Source: Octopus sinensis
Taxonomy: Eukaryota
DNA length: 64,000 bases
Direction of reading: 5' to 3'
NCBI RefSeq assembly: GCF_006345805.1
Contig: NC_042997.1
Coordinates: forward strand, 109,120,001 to 109,184,000
This document shows, piece by piece, positions 51,651 to 64,000 of the stretch. The translations under genes were made by a program, and so were the position numbers. How positions within the stretch are numbered: the first letter of the stretch is position 1; each line of letters starts with the position of its first letter. Under the pieces are notes generated by a model. That model saw only the letters and a program-made list of their open reading frames with translations. It searched no databases and was not told the origin of the DNA.

Positions 51651-52972
51651 CACAAATACATACATACGTGTGTGTGTGTGTGTGTACGCACACATATATC
51701 GCGTAGTTACTGTTGTTGCTTGATAACTAGAAGGAAGTCCTCATCAGGCCAACCTATGACCACATGGAATCTAGCCGCGACCGTTGCATATTTTTCCTGT
51801 GTATAAGGAAGTCAGGGCCACGTTATCTAAAGTGTTCTTTTCTTAAACGCTGTGATGTGATGTGAAGAAGATTGAACAGCTAACTCTAAGAGGTCAAATG
51901 AACACTTAGAGTCTCCTTGCTGGTTTGTTCGACGGCGTCATTGCTATGACTAAATAAGGTGGCGGATAATGCTGTTCACAACGGCGCCTGTAGCAATGAT
52001 AAGATACATCCGTATACTTTGAAGAGAATAACAGAAAAGGAGAGACGATTTGGAATAGAATGTTGTAAGATGGTGAAAGAAAAGAGATTCAAATAAGAAG
52101 AAAATTAATCTCGTTCTATCACTGATTACAATATTTCTCTATTGTTTTGCTTCTTTTTTTGTTCTTTTTATTTGATTCGTATTTCTCCATTTTATCAGTC
52201 ATTCAAATATTCAAGTTGCCTCCACAATCGAAATGATCTGCCGCATTATGGTGTTATTACTTTCCGTCTTTGAAGCCACATTAAATATCTATCTACAATA
52301 TTTATTGATATCTACGAATGCTTTTAGAGGAAAGCGAGAAACAGAAAGAAACGAGAGAAAAAAATTGAAGAAATACCTAAAATCAAACACACGCATACTC
52401 ACACACATCCATACACAAGCATCCACACATATGCATAGACGTACATATACACATACATATGCACACGAAAATACTATAATTTAATTTGAATTTTAGAAAT
52501 ATTTTATTTCAGTATATGAGATTTGTTTTAAATTTTAAACAATATAATATGATAATAGAATCTGCAAACTAATTTGTGCAATTATCCAAGCAGCAATAAC
52601 AACAACATCAAACAGAATTTCTATCAATTTTTGTTGATTTATCGATATTTCATAGAACAAAGGCTCGGCTTTAAATCCTTCTGTAGTATTTTAATAAAAG
52701 TGTATATCGCCATTGTTTAATAAAACTGTTATTTCTTCATAGTGTTTTTTAAAAGTGTTTTTGTTTGTTTTTAGAGCCTATGTTATATATTACCTTGTTT
52801 TGTTCTGGTTCGTTTCGTCTGTTGTTAAAATTTACATGAACAGTTCCTACTAATTAACAAATTGAGTTTCTAGACAATACATTTACTCTGATTTTCTATT
52901 TCATTTGTCTGTTAGTCACATTGGGTTGATTATAATTTCGATCTTTCTAGCTCTGTTTGTCTCTCTGCTCGC

Positions 52973-53113
<141 letters not shown>

Positions 53114-53114
53114 A

Positions 53115-53154
<40 letters not shown>

Positions 53155-53409
53155 GTCCGTTCATCCATCCATCCTTCCATCCAACCATCTATCAATCAAT
53201 CAATCTGTCTCTCTCTTTCTCTATCTATCTATCCGTCCGTTCATCTATCCAGCCACCCATCTACGTATGTATGTATATAAGTATGTATGTATGTATGTAT
53301 GTATGTATGTATGTATGTATGTATGTATGTATGTATGTATGTATGTATGTATGTATGTATTTACGTACGTAAGTATGTATGCATGTATGTATGTATGTAT
53401 CTATCTATC

Positions 53410-54365
53410 AACACAACCAAAGCATTCTATAGGGGATTAGTGGAGGGGAAGTACGACGACGACCGCGGGGTGAACCTGGGCGTCGATGAGGAATACCTGA
53501 TTCGCCAGTTGAAGACGACTTTCGGGCCGAGACCTATGGACAACTTCCAGAGATCCCTGACCTGGCAGTGCTATCGGGAAGCGCTACCCGTTCGGGATAA
53601 GCTCCTCAAGCATGGCTCGACAAAAACGGGGCCGACCTGCCCGAGATGCGGTCAGAGCGACGAAACCGTTCTGCACGCACTCGTACAATGTCCAACCATT
53701 TTCGACCTCTGGGCCGATGTCGAACGACTGCTGTCACGTGTGGGACGAGTCGGTTTATCAGCCAAGTCTATCGTCAATATTGTCACGCCTCCTTCCTTCA
53801 AACGGGAAGGAAGAGTTATTTTCATCATCCTTGTGGCTATGGCGAAAGAATGTATCTGGTGGACGCGTCTGAAAGGTCTAGAGACAAACACTCTCTTCTC
53901 TGATCAATCTCTCATCAACTTCTTCAAGTATCACTTCAAAATGAAAGTGAGAGTAGAGAGGGAAGTTTTGTCTAGTGAATGTTTCAAAATAAGATGGGTG
54001 AATGTAGCAAGGATGACACGTGTGAATGACAGAGCCACCTTGAGCATAATCCTATTAATCATTAAAAGAAAGGAAAAAAGAGAGTCACTTACTGTAATGT
54101 GTTTTTTGCATGACATTATTGCCCGAGGTTACCGTGGTCTTTTCCGTAGGCTTTTCTTTCCATGGATAAACCTAATCTGTTTCCTATTTTACACTATGAC
54201 ATTTGTGATACCCGATCCCTATTGATCGGCTTACCCCCTTTTTTCCACGATCCCTTTCGATCGAAATTCTACCCACCCCTTTTTTTCTTTCCTTCCCCAA
54301 AAGAAAAGCTCTACTTTGTATTTTGTACCCTCTGTGTTCAGCCCTGTGTGGTCAATAAGGAAACA
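53410..54365 (+). mobile_element. L1/Tx1-clade LINE, 3' fragment with open ORF2 C-terminus, inside (TATC)n
   Basis: SLTWQCYREALPVRDKL...TCPRCGQSDETVLHALVQCP (zf-RVT/CCHC)...AKECIWWTR. tatc repeats adjoin both ends. Confidence 0.85.
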
Positions 54366-54379
54366 TATCTATCTAGCTA

Positions 54380-54446
<67 letters not shown>

Positions 54447-55479
54447 TGCTGTCTGTCTGCCTCTCTCAGCATATATACATACATACATATATATATGAAT
54501 GTATGTATGTGTGTGTGTGTGGTGTGTGTGTTTAGTATTTCTTGTGTGTACACTTAGATGTACGATTTCTATTGGTGAATTTTAAGCTCCGCCTCGGGTA
54601 TCACCATCCAATCAATTTGCAGTAATATTACTGATGTGTGGTTACTTCTGTACTGAAGCGTTATTACTGGTTATGACATACAGAACAAATGTCGAAAAGG
54701 CATTGACAAACAGAAGACGTAGTTTATAACATCTGTTCCCTGCGTACATTTCGCCATGGCGACTCTTTGTCCCCTCTATAGGAGAAGTTCAAATTCAAAA
54801 TACATATGGATGGAGGTCCACCACAGTTCTTCAAGGGAACAATTGGTCACATTATGTAGGAACTCATCAAACGCTTGGACAGATGGCAACACCTATTATT
54901 GAAATGTTGAAATGTAAATAGATCGAGAGCAAAGACAGGTGAAAAGAGAGAGAGAGAGAGAGAAGAAAGCAAGAGAAAGATAAAAGAAAAAAGGGTGTAG
55001 TAAAAAATAAATTAAATAAAAACAAAAATTATAAAAAAAAGAGAGAAAAAAAGAAAGAAAAGGGTGCAATAAAGAGAGAGGTAGAGGAAGGTGGAAAGGA
55101 AGAGAATAGAAGGAAAGAGACAATAGAAAGAAGTCAGCTTTGGGTTGATACCAATCCTGTAATTGTCTTTCGATTGAAAGAGATAAACACATCCATGAAC
55201 ACAGATAAAAACCGGAGATGCCCTTACATATTTAGAGATAGACATAAATGCAAATATATTCCTTTCGTAAAGATTTATAAGCTTCCCGGATACAAACCTT
55301 CTTTGGTTCATATTTACTTAAATATATCTGCTGATGTCATTTCAATTTTTATTGAAAATTTTCCGTTCGTCATATTCGTCTTCACATGAAGATGTTTTTA
55401 ACTTTAAAATTGCTGTTTTCATGCAGAACCATTGTTTTTTCTGCTGAGGATTTATATTTAGATCATTTCATATTGATAT

Positions 55480-55690
55480 CAAGGGGTCATAAGACCAGCA
55501 ATTTCGGGAGGAGGAAGTGAGTTCATGAAATCCACCTCAGTGCTCTTGTGCTACATATTTTATCAACATCGAAACGATAAAAGGTAAAGTCAACCTCGAC
55601 GGAATTTGAACTCACAACGTAAAGACATGAAATGCTGCCAAGGTTTTCGGTCAGTGTGCTGTCGATTCTGCCACCTCGTTGCTTAGCTCC
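55480..55690 (-). mobile_element. Diverged CORE-type SINE
   Basis: aaagtcaacctcgacggaatttgaactcacaacgt and gattctgccacctcg head remnants. Confidence 0.65.
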
Positions 55691-55981
55691 GCTCATATTA
55701 AGATATGATCATATGCATTCTGCTAGAGACCAACCTATCTTATTGTATATGTACGACTACGATGTTCGATATGTCCGCCATTTATAATTTCATGAAGGTG
55801 CAGTTTGAGTTAAGGAAATTTAGCTGTTATTTCTCGAAAGCGGTTCGGTTACATAGAGACTCTTTCAAAAGCTGATATTAATGTTGTAGTCGTTGTTATA
55901 AGTGTTTCGAGGTTTATATATTTCTGAAAGTATTTTAGAATATAAATGGCAACTTGCCTTCTTTGTAGTTTGTTCATGTAG

Positions 55982-56250
55982 GTCAGAAGTTTTCAATCAT
56001 TTTTTGTCCACATACTTCCTTTGGCTCCCCCACTCTTTTTTTACTCTTCTGGACCCTCATAATCATTTGATCTTTAAAGAAAATCCTATTATATTTTTAT
56101 CATTGAATATATTAGGAATTGTATTCTAAAAATTGTTGAAATATTTTGTGAATTGTAAAAGTACAACCAATTTTATTAAACATAAATTTTAACAACAAAA
56201 TCTTGTATGGACCTCCCATGGGTCTTACTAACTACGAATGAGAACCACAG
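55982..56250. mobile_element. Possible hAT-type MITE
   Basis: Ends cagaagttttcaatc and gagaaccacag resemble CAGxGGTTxTCAA TIRs; ggacc-rich subterminal motifs. Confidence 0.35.
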
Positions 56251-56604
56251 ATGTAGATGTTCCTTTTAATAAAGTGGTAATTTTGTTGATGTTGTAGTGA
56301 TTGTTATGGTTTCAATGATGATGGTAGCGCTGAGTTCTTTACATTTTTGGCATCCTATAGCACAGAAAGTCCTGCATTAACCACTGATTTCTGCAGTAAA
56401 AGATGTTTGCATTGTATTTTCCTAGGATGATTTCCAGTATTTCAGTAATATCTTATAAACATTGCAGTGATATAAAGACATCTTCACCAGGAATTGAACG
56501 TAGAACAATACAATCAATACAAGATATTTTGCCCACAAACCACTCTAACGAGTCTACATTTCATTGCCGTATCTGAGAAATAATGAAAAAAGAAAATAGA
56601 GTCT

Positions 56605-56815
56605 TAAAGTAATTCTTTTGGCACAAGGTTTGCGATTTTGAGGGGAGAAGGACGTCGATTACATCGACGTATGAAATCAACTGATATTTTATTCCATCCA
56701 ACGTGAAAGGTGGACAACAAAGTCGATCTCAGCGGCACTTGAACTCGGAAAGTAAAAGCCGGAAGAAATTCCGGTATGTATTTTGGCCGAAGCGCTAAAG
56801 ATTCTGCCAGCACAC
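56605..56815 (-). mobile_element. Diverged CORE-type SINE, short tail
   Basis: ggcacaaggtttgcg tail, aaagtcgatctcagcggcacttgaactc body and gattctgccagc head. Confidence 0.65.
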
Positions 56816-56839
56816 CAATAATAATAATAATAATAATAA

Positions 56840-57350
56840 TGGTATAGGCACACACCAGAAAAGGTCACAGAAAACGAGAAAGCAACCATACACATGGATA
56901 TGCCGATACACACAGATAGAGAAATTAAGGCCAACAGACCAGATATAGTTGTCAGAGATCATGAAGAAAAAAATGCTTTCTAATTGATGTATCAATACCG
57001 GCAGATGACAACGTGTCTCTAAAAGAAATGGAGAAACTTTCAAAATACAAAGACCTGGAAACAGAGGTAACCAGAATGTGGAATCTAAAAACAGAAACAA
57101 TTCCTATCATAGTAGGTGCATTAGGCATGATAAAAAAATATTCAGACAAATACATAACAAAAACACCAGGACTTACAAACACATATAACATACAGAAAAT
57201 TGCACTACTAGGCACTGCACACATCCTACGCAGAACCCTTTCCATACAATAACCATCAGAGCATCACAACAAATCACAGCACATAACTAAGGCACACAGA
57301 GCTGCGCTCGGTAGTGAAGTGAAAGCACGCTATAAAAATAAAACTACTAA
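56840..57350 (+). mobile_element. R4/Dong-like RLE element 3' end, flanked by (TAA)n
   Basis: IHTDREIKANRPDIVVRD...LIDVSIPADDNVSLKEMEKLSKYKDLETEVTRMW...IIVGALG...LLGTAHILRRTLSIQ*. Confidence 0.9.
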
Positions 57351-57353
57351 ATG

Positions 57354-57410
<57 letters not shown>

Positions 57411-57421
57411 TAATAATAATA

Positions 57422-57467
<46 letters not shown>

Positions 57468-57524
57468 TAATAATAATAATAATAATGATGATGATGATAA
57501 TAATAATAATAATAATAATAAATA

Positions 57525-57578
<54 letters not shown>

Positions 57579-57584
57579 TGATGA

Positions 57585-58207
57585 TGCAGTACCTATGCCC
57601 TGATGCAGTACCATGCCCTGATGCAGTACCATGCCCTGATGGAGTACCATATGCCCTGATGCAGTACCAGGCAGTGGCTCTCATGGCTTCTGATCTTAAC
57701 TGATTGGAAGTGTTATCATGTACATTGTTTTGTCTTGGTATAAAAGATGGGCTACAGCAAATATTCTGCTCAATACCACAGATTTGCTTGTCAGTTGTTT
57801 GACCGTAACCAGTTGAGCATGTCCCTTAGTGGCTGACGATATGTGCATCTCTGATCACGAGCAGAAGTAGGGGGGAGCTTCATAGCCATGTGTTGAGAGG
57901 GATTCTTTGGGGTTTGAATAATTCACCTCTGGAAACATGGGTGGTTCTTTCAACATCCTTAAACAACCCTTATTCCGGGACCTTTTGAGCGGGATGGGCT
58001 ACTCAACCTGAAGAAAATTCTAACTGGGCCCCACCTGCAAGGTCATGTGCTGTTTATCTTGATATGAGATCACCATGTCGCGCACATATGGTTGTGATGC
58101 ATGTGCCTGGTGTACCCTTATCAGACGGGTAGTCATGATGGGTATATTGGCCTTCGTATATTTTACCCCAGTGTCACTTTGATGGCATGAACTGCTCTCT
58201 CACTCAA
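57585..58207 (+). mobile_element. Non-coding about 620-bp element flanked by (TAA/TGA)n, with a 5' 18-bp tandem repeat
   Basis: About 4.5 copies of gatgcagtaccatgccct. The last about 245 bp recur, reversed, at 63162-63410. Confidence 0.75.
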
Positions 58208-58234
58208 TGATAATAATAATAATAATAATAATAA

Positions 58235-58553
58235 TGATAGCGAAAGGGGCTGATTGCTACTTAACTCAGATACGAGGAAACCCCAAAATTGCAGAAATTC
58301 AAAAGATAGTGCTCATGGGAACTGCTCATATCCTACGTAAAATACTCTCTATGTAATTCCAAGGTTTAAAAAAAACTTTTTTTTTTAAATTTATGTATTA
58401 GACATTCACTAGTACAATACAAAAAAAAAAAATATATATATATATGGCACACTAGGCATAACAACAACGTGAATTTCCAACCTGTTGTCTCTTGAGGTCT
58501 CTGGGTGAGACTTGGAGCCAACTTGTACAGACATAAAGCAAAAGTCAAACATA

Positions 58554-58555
<2 letters not shown>
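58235..58555 (+). mobile_element. Short 3' fragment of an RLE element, flanked by (TAA)n
   Basis: QIRGNPKIAEIQKIVLMGTAHILRKILSM* followed by a 3' UTR and (TAA)n. Confidence 0.8.
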
Positions 58556-58627
<72 letters not shown>

Positions 58628-58629
<2 letters not shown>

Positions 58630-59005
58630 TCTGCTCTAGGCACAAGGTCCGAAATTTTTGGTGTGGGAGCCAGTTGATTAGATCGAGCCCAGTACGCAAC
58701 TGTACTTAATTTATCAACCCCGAAATAATGAAAGGCAAAGTCGACCTCGGCGATATTTGAGCGTAAAGAGAGACGAAATACCTATTTCTTTACTACCCAC
58801 AAGGGGCTAAACACAGAGGGGACAGACAAGGACAGACAAACGGATTAAGTCGATTATATCGACCCCAGTGCGTAACTGGTACTTATTTAATCAACCCCGA
58901 AAGGATGAAAGTCGACCTCGGGCGGAATTTGAACTCAGAACGTAACGGCAGACGAAATACCGCAAAGCATTTCGCCCGGCGTGCTAACGTTTCTGCCAGC
59001 TCGCC
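58628..59005 (-). mobile_element. Dimeric CORE-type SINE between (TAA)n tracts
   Basis: Same gaaatac|ctattt junction (58775-58787) as at 33768. Confidence 0.8.
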
Positions 59006-59015
59006 AATAATAATA

Positions 59016-59082
<67 letters not shown>

Positions 59083-59696
59083 AATATTAACAATAATAAT
59101 AAGACAATGGCCATAAAAATAGTTAAAGGAGATATTCCAAGCTTGGTTGAACCATTACTCTGCGATCAACATTTAAAGAAAGCAATAATAATAAATATCT
59201 AATGACGATGTTGATGGTGATGATGATGATGAAGGTTAAAAGTGCAAGACGTAGTGTGAGAGTGAGATGGGTTGGGGGGGAGGTGGAGCGAAGTAAAGGT
59301 ATTAAGAAAGACAGAAACAGAGGCGGTGGGTGGGGGAAAGGTTGTAAAACTGAGAGTAAGCCAGTTCAAAGGAAGAGACACGATCAGATTTAACATATTT
59401 CACAGATATATAAAATGTAATAAATAGAATTGTATTTTCTGATTTTTATTTATACTTTACATATCGGTCGTAATAGAATATCACTTGACGATTTACGTTT
59501 TTTTTTCCTACTTTTGTATTGATATTTATATATTTTTATATTTCTATGACAATTGTTTTTATTACGTATTTTCAAATTTTTACAGATCATTTATAAGATA
59601 AGAAAATAACAGCAAATACAGAGAGGAAGAGAACAAGCGAGGGAGAGAGATGAGAGAAGAGAGGGAGAGAGAGAGAGAAGAGAGAAGAGAGGGAGG

Positions 59697-59730
<34 letters not shown>

Positions 59731-60109
59731 GGAGAGAATGAGTGAGTGGGAAAATGAAATTTTTGGAAGAAACAACCTATAAAAATGTAATAAGTATCTT
59801 TTATTTTGGTAAGGAATTGAAAAGTGATGTCAGAGTTTGGGGAGAGAATTGAAAAGCGAGAGACATTTAATTAATGGCGTGTGTATGTGTACATAGGTGT
59901 GTATGTTTAAAGTTTCATATCAGTCTATGTATGTGTGAATGTACATACATACACACATACATACACACACACACATAGACACGCACATAAATATCTACAA
60001 TACCACAGAAATATATGATTACCTCGCTGCGTGTGTGAGTGCATACATATATATATATATACGTATACATATATGTCTGTGTGTGTTTGTATATATATAT
60101 ATATATATA

Positions 60110-60172
<63 letters not shown>

Positions 60173-60220
60173 ATATATATAATATATATAATATATATAT
60201 ATTATATATATATATATATA

Positions 60221-60251
<31 letters not shown>

Positions 60252-60288
60252 TTAGAAGGTTTGGAGATGATGGACAGGTATTTTATAC

Positions 60289-60560
60289 TAGAAGAAATGA
60301 GGTACTCAGAAATTCGGATGGTTTTATATTTACAGATATTTATTTGTATATTACATGTTTTTATATATCATATATCATATATCATATATTAGCGCTTTCG
60401 TCCATTCTAGTGGAGTTTTCAATTTGGTTTAATTTGAAAACTCCATTAGAATGGACGAAAGCGCTAATATATGATATATGATGTATAAAAACATGTAATA
60501 TACAAATAAATATCTGTAAATATCAAACCATCCGAATTTCTGAGTACCTCATTTCTTCTA
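60289..60560. mobile_element. Fold-back element within (TA)n with U3:A8 hammerhead-like motifs at its centre
   Basis: 60289-60422 is the reverse complement of 60434-60560. Each arm has TTGAAAA-c-TCCA(T/C)-taga-ATGGA-c-GAA-AGCGCT-A. Confidence 0.75.
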
Positions 60561-60593
60561 ATATATATATATAATATATATATATATATATGA

Positions 60594-60624
<31 letters not shown>

Positions 60625-60625
60625 C

Positions 60626-60659
<34 letters not shown>

Positions 60660-60730
60660 ATACATATAAATGTATATATATGTATGTATATATGTATATA
60701 TATGTATGTATGTATATATGTATGTATATA

Positions 60731-60796
<66 letters not shown>

Positions 60797-60801
60797 ATAT
60801 A

Positions 60802-62570
60802 TCATATAATTAAGGGCTAAAGAGGGTTATTCTAAAGCCAAATACACTGTTTTATCCACTTATAATCCGCTGTTACAGGAAAATTGAAACTGAAAACGGG
60901 CAACTAACCTTTAGAAAATTTAAATTTCGTTATCTCTATATTGAATCATTTCGGACTTAATCTCATAAAAAAAAGATATATTCCTTCTTCAGTAGAACTT
61001 TCGATGGGATATAATAAAATACTCACGTATGATCATGAAAAAGCACAAGCTAAAAACATAACTACACTTGAGTACATCACTTATATCTAAAAATAAAAAT
61101 TCTTTGTCAGCCTCAGAAAACAACGTCCAGACCTTTCGCCGCTACGAATTGTAATGGTTACCAGTCCTCCTGTAGCAAGCATCGAGTTTACTACTAAGCA
61201 ATATAGGATGAAGTCCCTTACTCTACAGCAAAGGAATTCATCAGGAAGCGTTGGCAGTATATTTAAAAAAACCGTTACGGTTGCAATATACATCATATAA
61301 TTAAGGGCTAAAGAGGGTTATTCTAAAGCCAAATACACTGTTTTATCCACTTATAATCCGCTTGTTACAGGAAAATTGAAACTGAAAACGGGCACTAACC
61401 TTTAGAAAATTTAAATTTCGTTATCTCTATATTGAATCAATTTCGGACTTAATCTTATAAAAAAAGATATATTCCTTCTTCAGTAGAACTTTCGATGGGA
61501 TATAAATAAAATACTCACGTATGATCATGGAAAAAGCACAAGCTAAAAACATAACTACACTTGAGTACATCACTTATATCTAAAAATAAAAATTCTTTGG
61601 TCAGCCTCAGAAAACAACGTCAGACCTTTCGCCGCTACAAATTGTAATGGTTACCAGTCCTCCTGTAGCAAGCATCGAGTTTACTACTAAGCAATATAGG
61701 ATGAAGTCCCTTACTCTACAGCAAAGGAATTCATCAGGAAGCGTTGGCAGTATATTTAAAAAAACCGTTACGGTTGCAATATACATCATATAATTAAGGG
61801 CTAAAGAGGGTTATTCTAAAGCCAAATACACTGTTTTATCCACTTATAATCCGCTTGTTACAGGAAAATTGAAACTGAAAACGGGCAACTAACCTTTAGA
61901 AAATTTAAATTTCGTTATCTCTATATTGAATCAATTTCGGACTTAATCTTATAAAAAAAAAGATATATTCCTTTTTCAGTAGAACTTTCGATGGGATATA
62001 AATAAAATACTCACGTATGATCATGGAAAAAGCACAAGCTAAAAACATAACTACACTTGAGTACATCACTTATATCTAAAAATAAAAATTCTTTGGTCAG
62101 CCTCAGAAAACAACGTCCAGACCTTTCGCCGCTACAAATTGTAATGGTTACCAGTCCTCCTGTAGCAAGCATCGAGTTTACTACTAAGCAATATAGGATG
62201 AAGTCCCTTACTCTACAGCAAAGGAATTCATCAGGAAGCGTGGGCAGTATATTTAAAAAAACCGTTACGGTTGCAATATACATCATATAATTAAGGGCTA
62301 AAGAGGGTTATTCTAAAGCCAAATACACTGTTTTATCCCCTTATAATCCGCTTGTTACAGGAAAATTGAAACTGAAAACGGGCAACTAACCTTTAGAAAA
62401 TTTAAATTTCGTTATCTCTATATTGAATCAATTTCGGACTTAATCTTATAAAAAAAAGATATATTCCTTCTTCAGTAGAACTTTCGATGGGATATAAATA
62501 AAATACTCACGTATGATCATGGAAAAAGCACAAGCTAAAAACATAACTACACTTGAGTACATCACTTATA
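60802..62570. repeat. Tandem array of about 3.6 units of about 493 bp
   Basis: tcatataattaagggc starts at 60802, 61293, 61786 and 62283. Units differ mostly by homopolymer indels. Confidence 0.95.
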
Positions 62571-62621
62571 TATATATATATATGTATGCATGTATGTATG
62601 TATGTATGTATGTATGTATGT

Positions 62622-62910
62622 ATTGTGAAGGCGGTGACAAGTGGGTTAAAGGGTTCGGCTTAATATCGTAAGGCGTTGAGTTCAATACACGGTGATGTGT
62701 TGTGACCTTGAGCATGACACTTTATCTCTCGGTTCTCCACTCTTGTCATTCAAAGCATCTGCCTGTGTCACGCTGAATCTCCATGAGAATTACATTAAGG
62801 GTAGGCGTGTCTGTGGAGTGCTCAGCCACATGCACGTTGATTTCACGAGCAGGTTGTTTAATTGACTGGAGTCAGTTCGAACCCTTGAGGTTGTAACCGA
62901 CGGACTGTTA
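62622..62910 (+). mobile_element. tRNA-derived SINE (family D)
   Basis: ggcggtgacaagtgggttaaagggttcggc...gagttcaatac head, then gttgtgaccttgagcatgacacttta. Confidence 0.65.
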
Positions 62911-63070
62911 TATATATACTATTTGTGTATGTATGTATATTGTGTGTGTATTTGTGTGTGTGTGTGTGTGTGTATGTGTGTGTGTGTGTGTGTGTACCTG
63001 ATACATATTTTAAATATTTGTCCGTTTTTCCTTGTCATAGTTGAGTCAAAAACTATAAAACCAACAACTA

Positions 63071-63161
<91 letters not shown>

Positions 63162-63164
<3 letters not shown>

Positions 63165-63410
63165 GAGTGAGAGAGCAGTTCATGCCATCAAAGTGACACT
63201 GGGGTAAAATATACGAAGCCCAATATACCTATCATGACTACCCGTCTGATAAGGGTACACCAGGCACATGCATCACAACCATATGTGCGCGAAATGGTGA
63301 TCTCATATCAAGATAAACAGCACATGACCTTGCAGGTGGGGCCCAGTTAGAAATTTCTTCTGGTTGAGTAGCCCATCCCGCTCAAAAGGTCCCTGAATAA
63401 GGGTTGTTTA
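63162..63410 (-). mobile_element. 5'-truncated copy of the 57585-58207 element, (TAA)n on both sides
   Basis: Reverse complement of about 57962-58207. Confidence 0.85.
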
Positions 63411-63870
63411 ATATTATTATTATTATTATTTTAAATCTCATACTGGATGTGTATGTATGTATACATACACGCACATTGGCACACATATACACGTACACAA
63501 CCTGCGCAATTTTACTGATTTTTATATATGATATAGAATTTAAAAGATTTCACCTTTTACTGAAAATAGCGTAGTTTTTCCGAAGCATTGTAAATATTGT
63601 GGATATGACTGAAAACTCATAAAGAGAGAAAATAATAGACAGAGATTGATTGGAAGAGGAAGGGATGTTTGAAATATAATAGAAATTGATGTCTTGGATC
63701 GAAGAAAAATTAAAATTTTCAAGGTTTGTTTTTGCTTTCCTTCTGTGAATTTTCTCTTTTAGTGTGAGAAATTTATTAACTTCTCTCATCGCGAAATGAA
63801 GCCAAGAAGTACCAGCTTTATTAAAGTTACTTGGTATAATCAAGGTAGGATCTATCTATTTATCTATCTA

Positions 63871-63940
<70 letters not shown>

Positions 63941-64000
63941 CATCAATATGTACTCACATATATATATTTATCTATCTATCCGTGTATACGCACACACACA

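Noticed and set aside
60980-61010. Minus-strand GAAAGTTCTA-CTGAAGA and CTGATGA motifs in the 493-bp unit as hammerheads
   Set aside because: The elements are in the wrong order or lack a partner GAAA and stems; the CTGATGA is just one arm of a simple hairpin.

Overview
AT-rich, microsatellite-saturated eukaryotic DNA with no host protein-coding gene that I can support. Almost all long ORFs in the track are translations of (CA)n, (TA)n, (TATG)n, (TATC)n, (TAA)n or (GAA)n repeats. The SINE types and repeat landscape suggest an octopus or other coleoid cephalopod genome (inference, not verified). The window is a transposon graveyard: a full-length but disrupted mariner, an internally deleted mariner, a Chapaev3/CMC-like transposase pseudogene, at least six R4/Dong-like RLE retrotransposon pieces (several embedded in (TAA)n), a Tx1/L1 3' fragment inside (TATC)n, an RTE (Rex3/Expander-like) fragment with a 5' inversion, a short Helitron, many tRNA-derived SINEs and three recent tandem duplications. 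The most interesting signal is a set of roughly a dozen minimal type I hammerhead-ribozyme (HHR) motifs from several unrelated families. Four loci carry them as inverted fold-back pairs, always with the left copy on minus and the right copy on plus. One is fused behind a tRNA-like Pol III head, one carries a G3:C8 swapped core, and two loci types carry a U3:A8 core. This looks like a Penelope-like-element-driven system of small self-cleaving retro-modules. All structural calls were made by eye; no folding program or database search was run.
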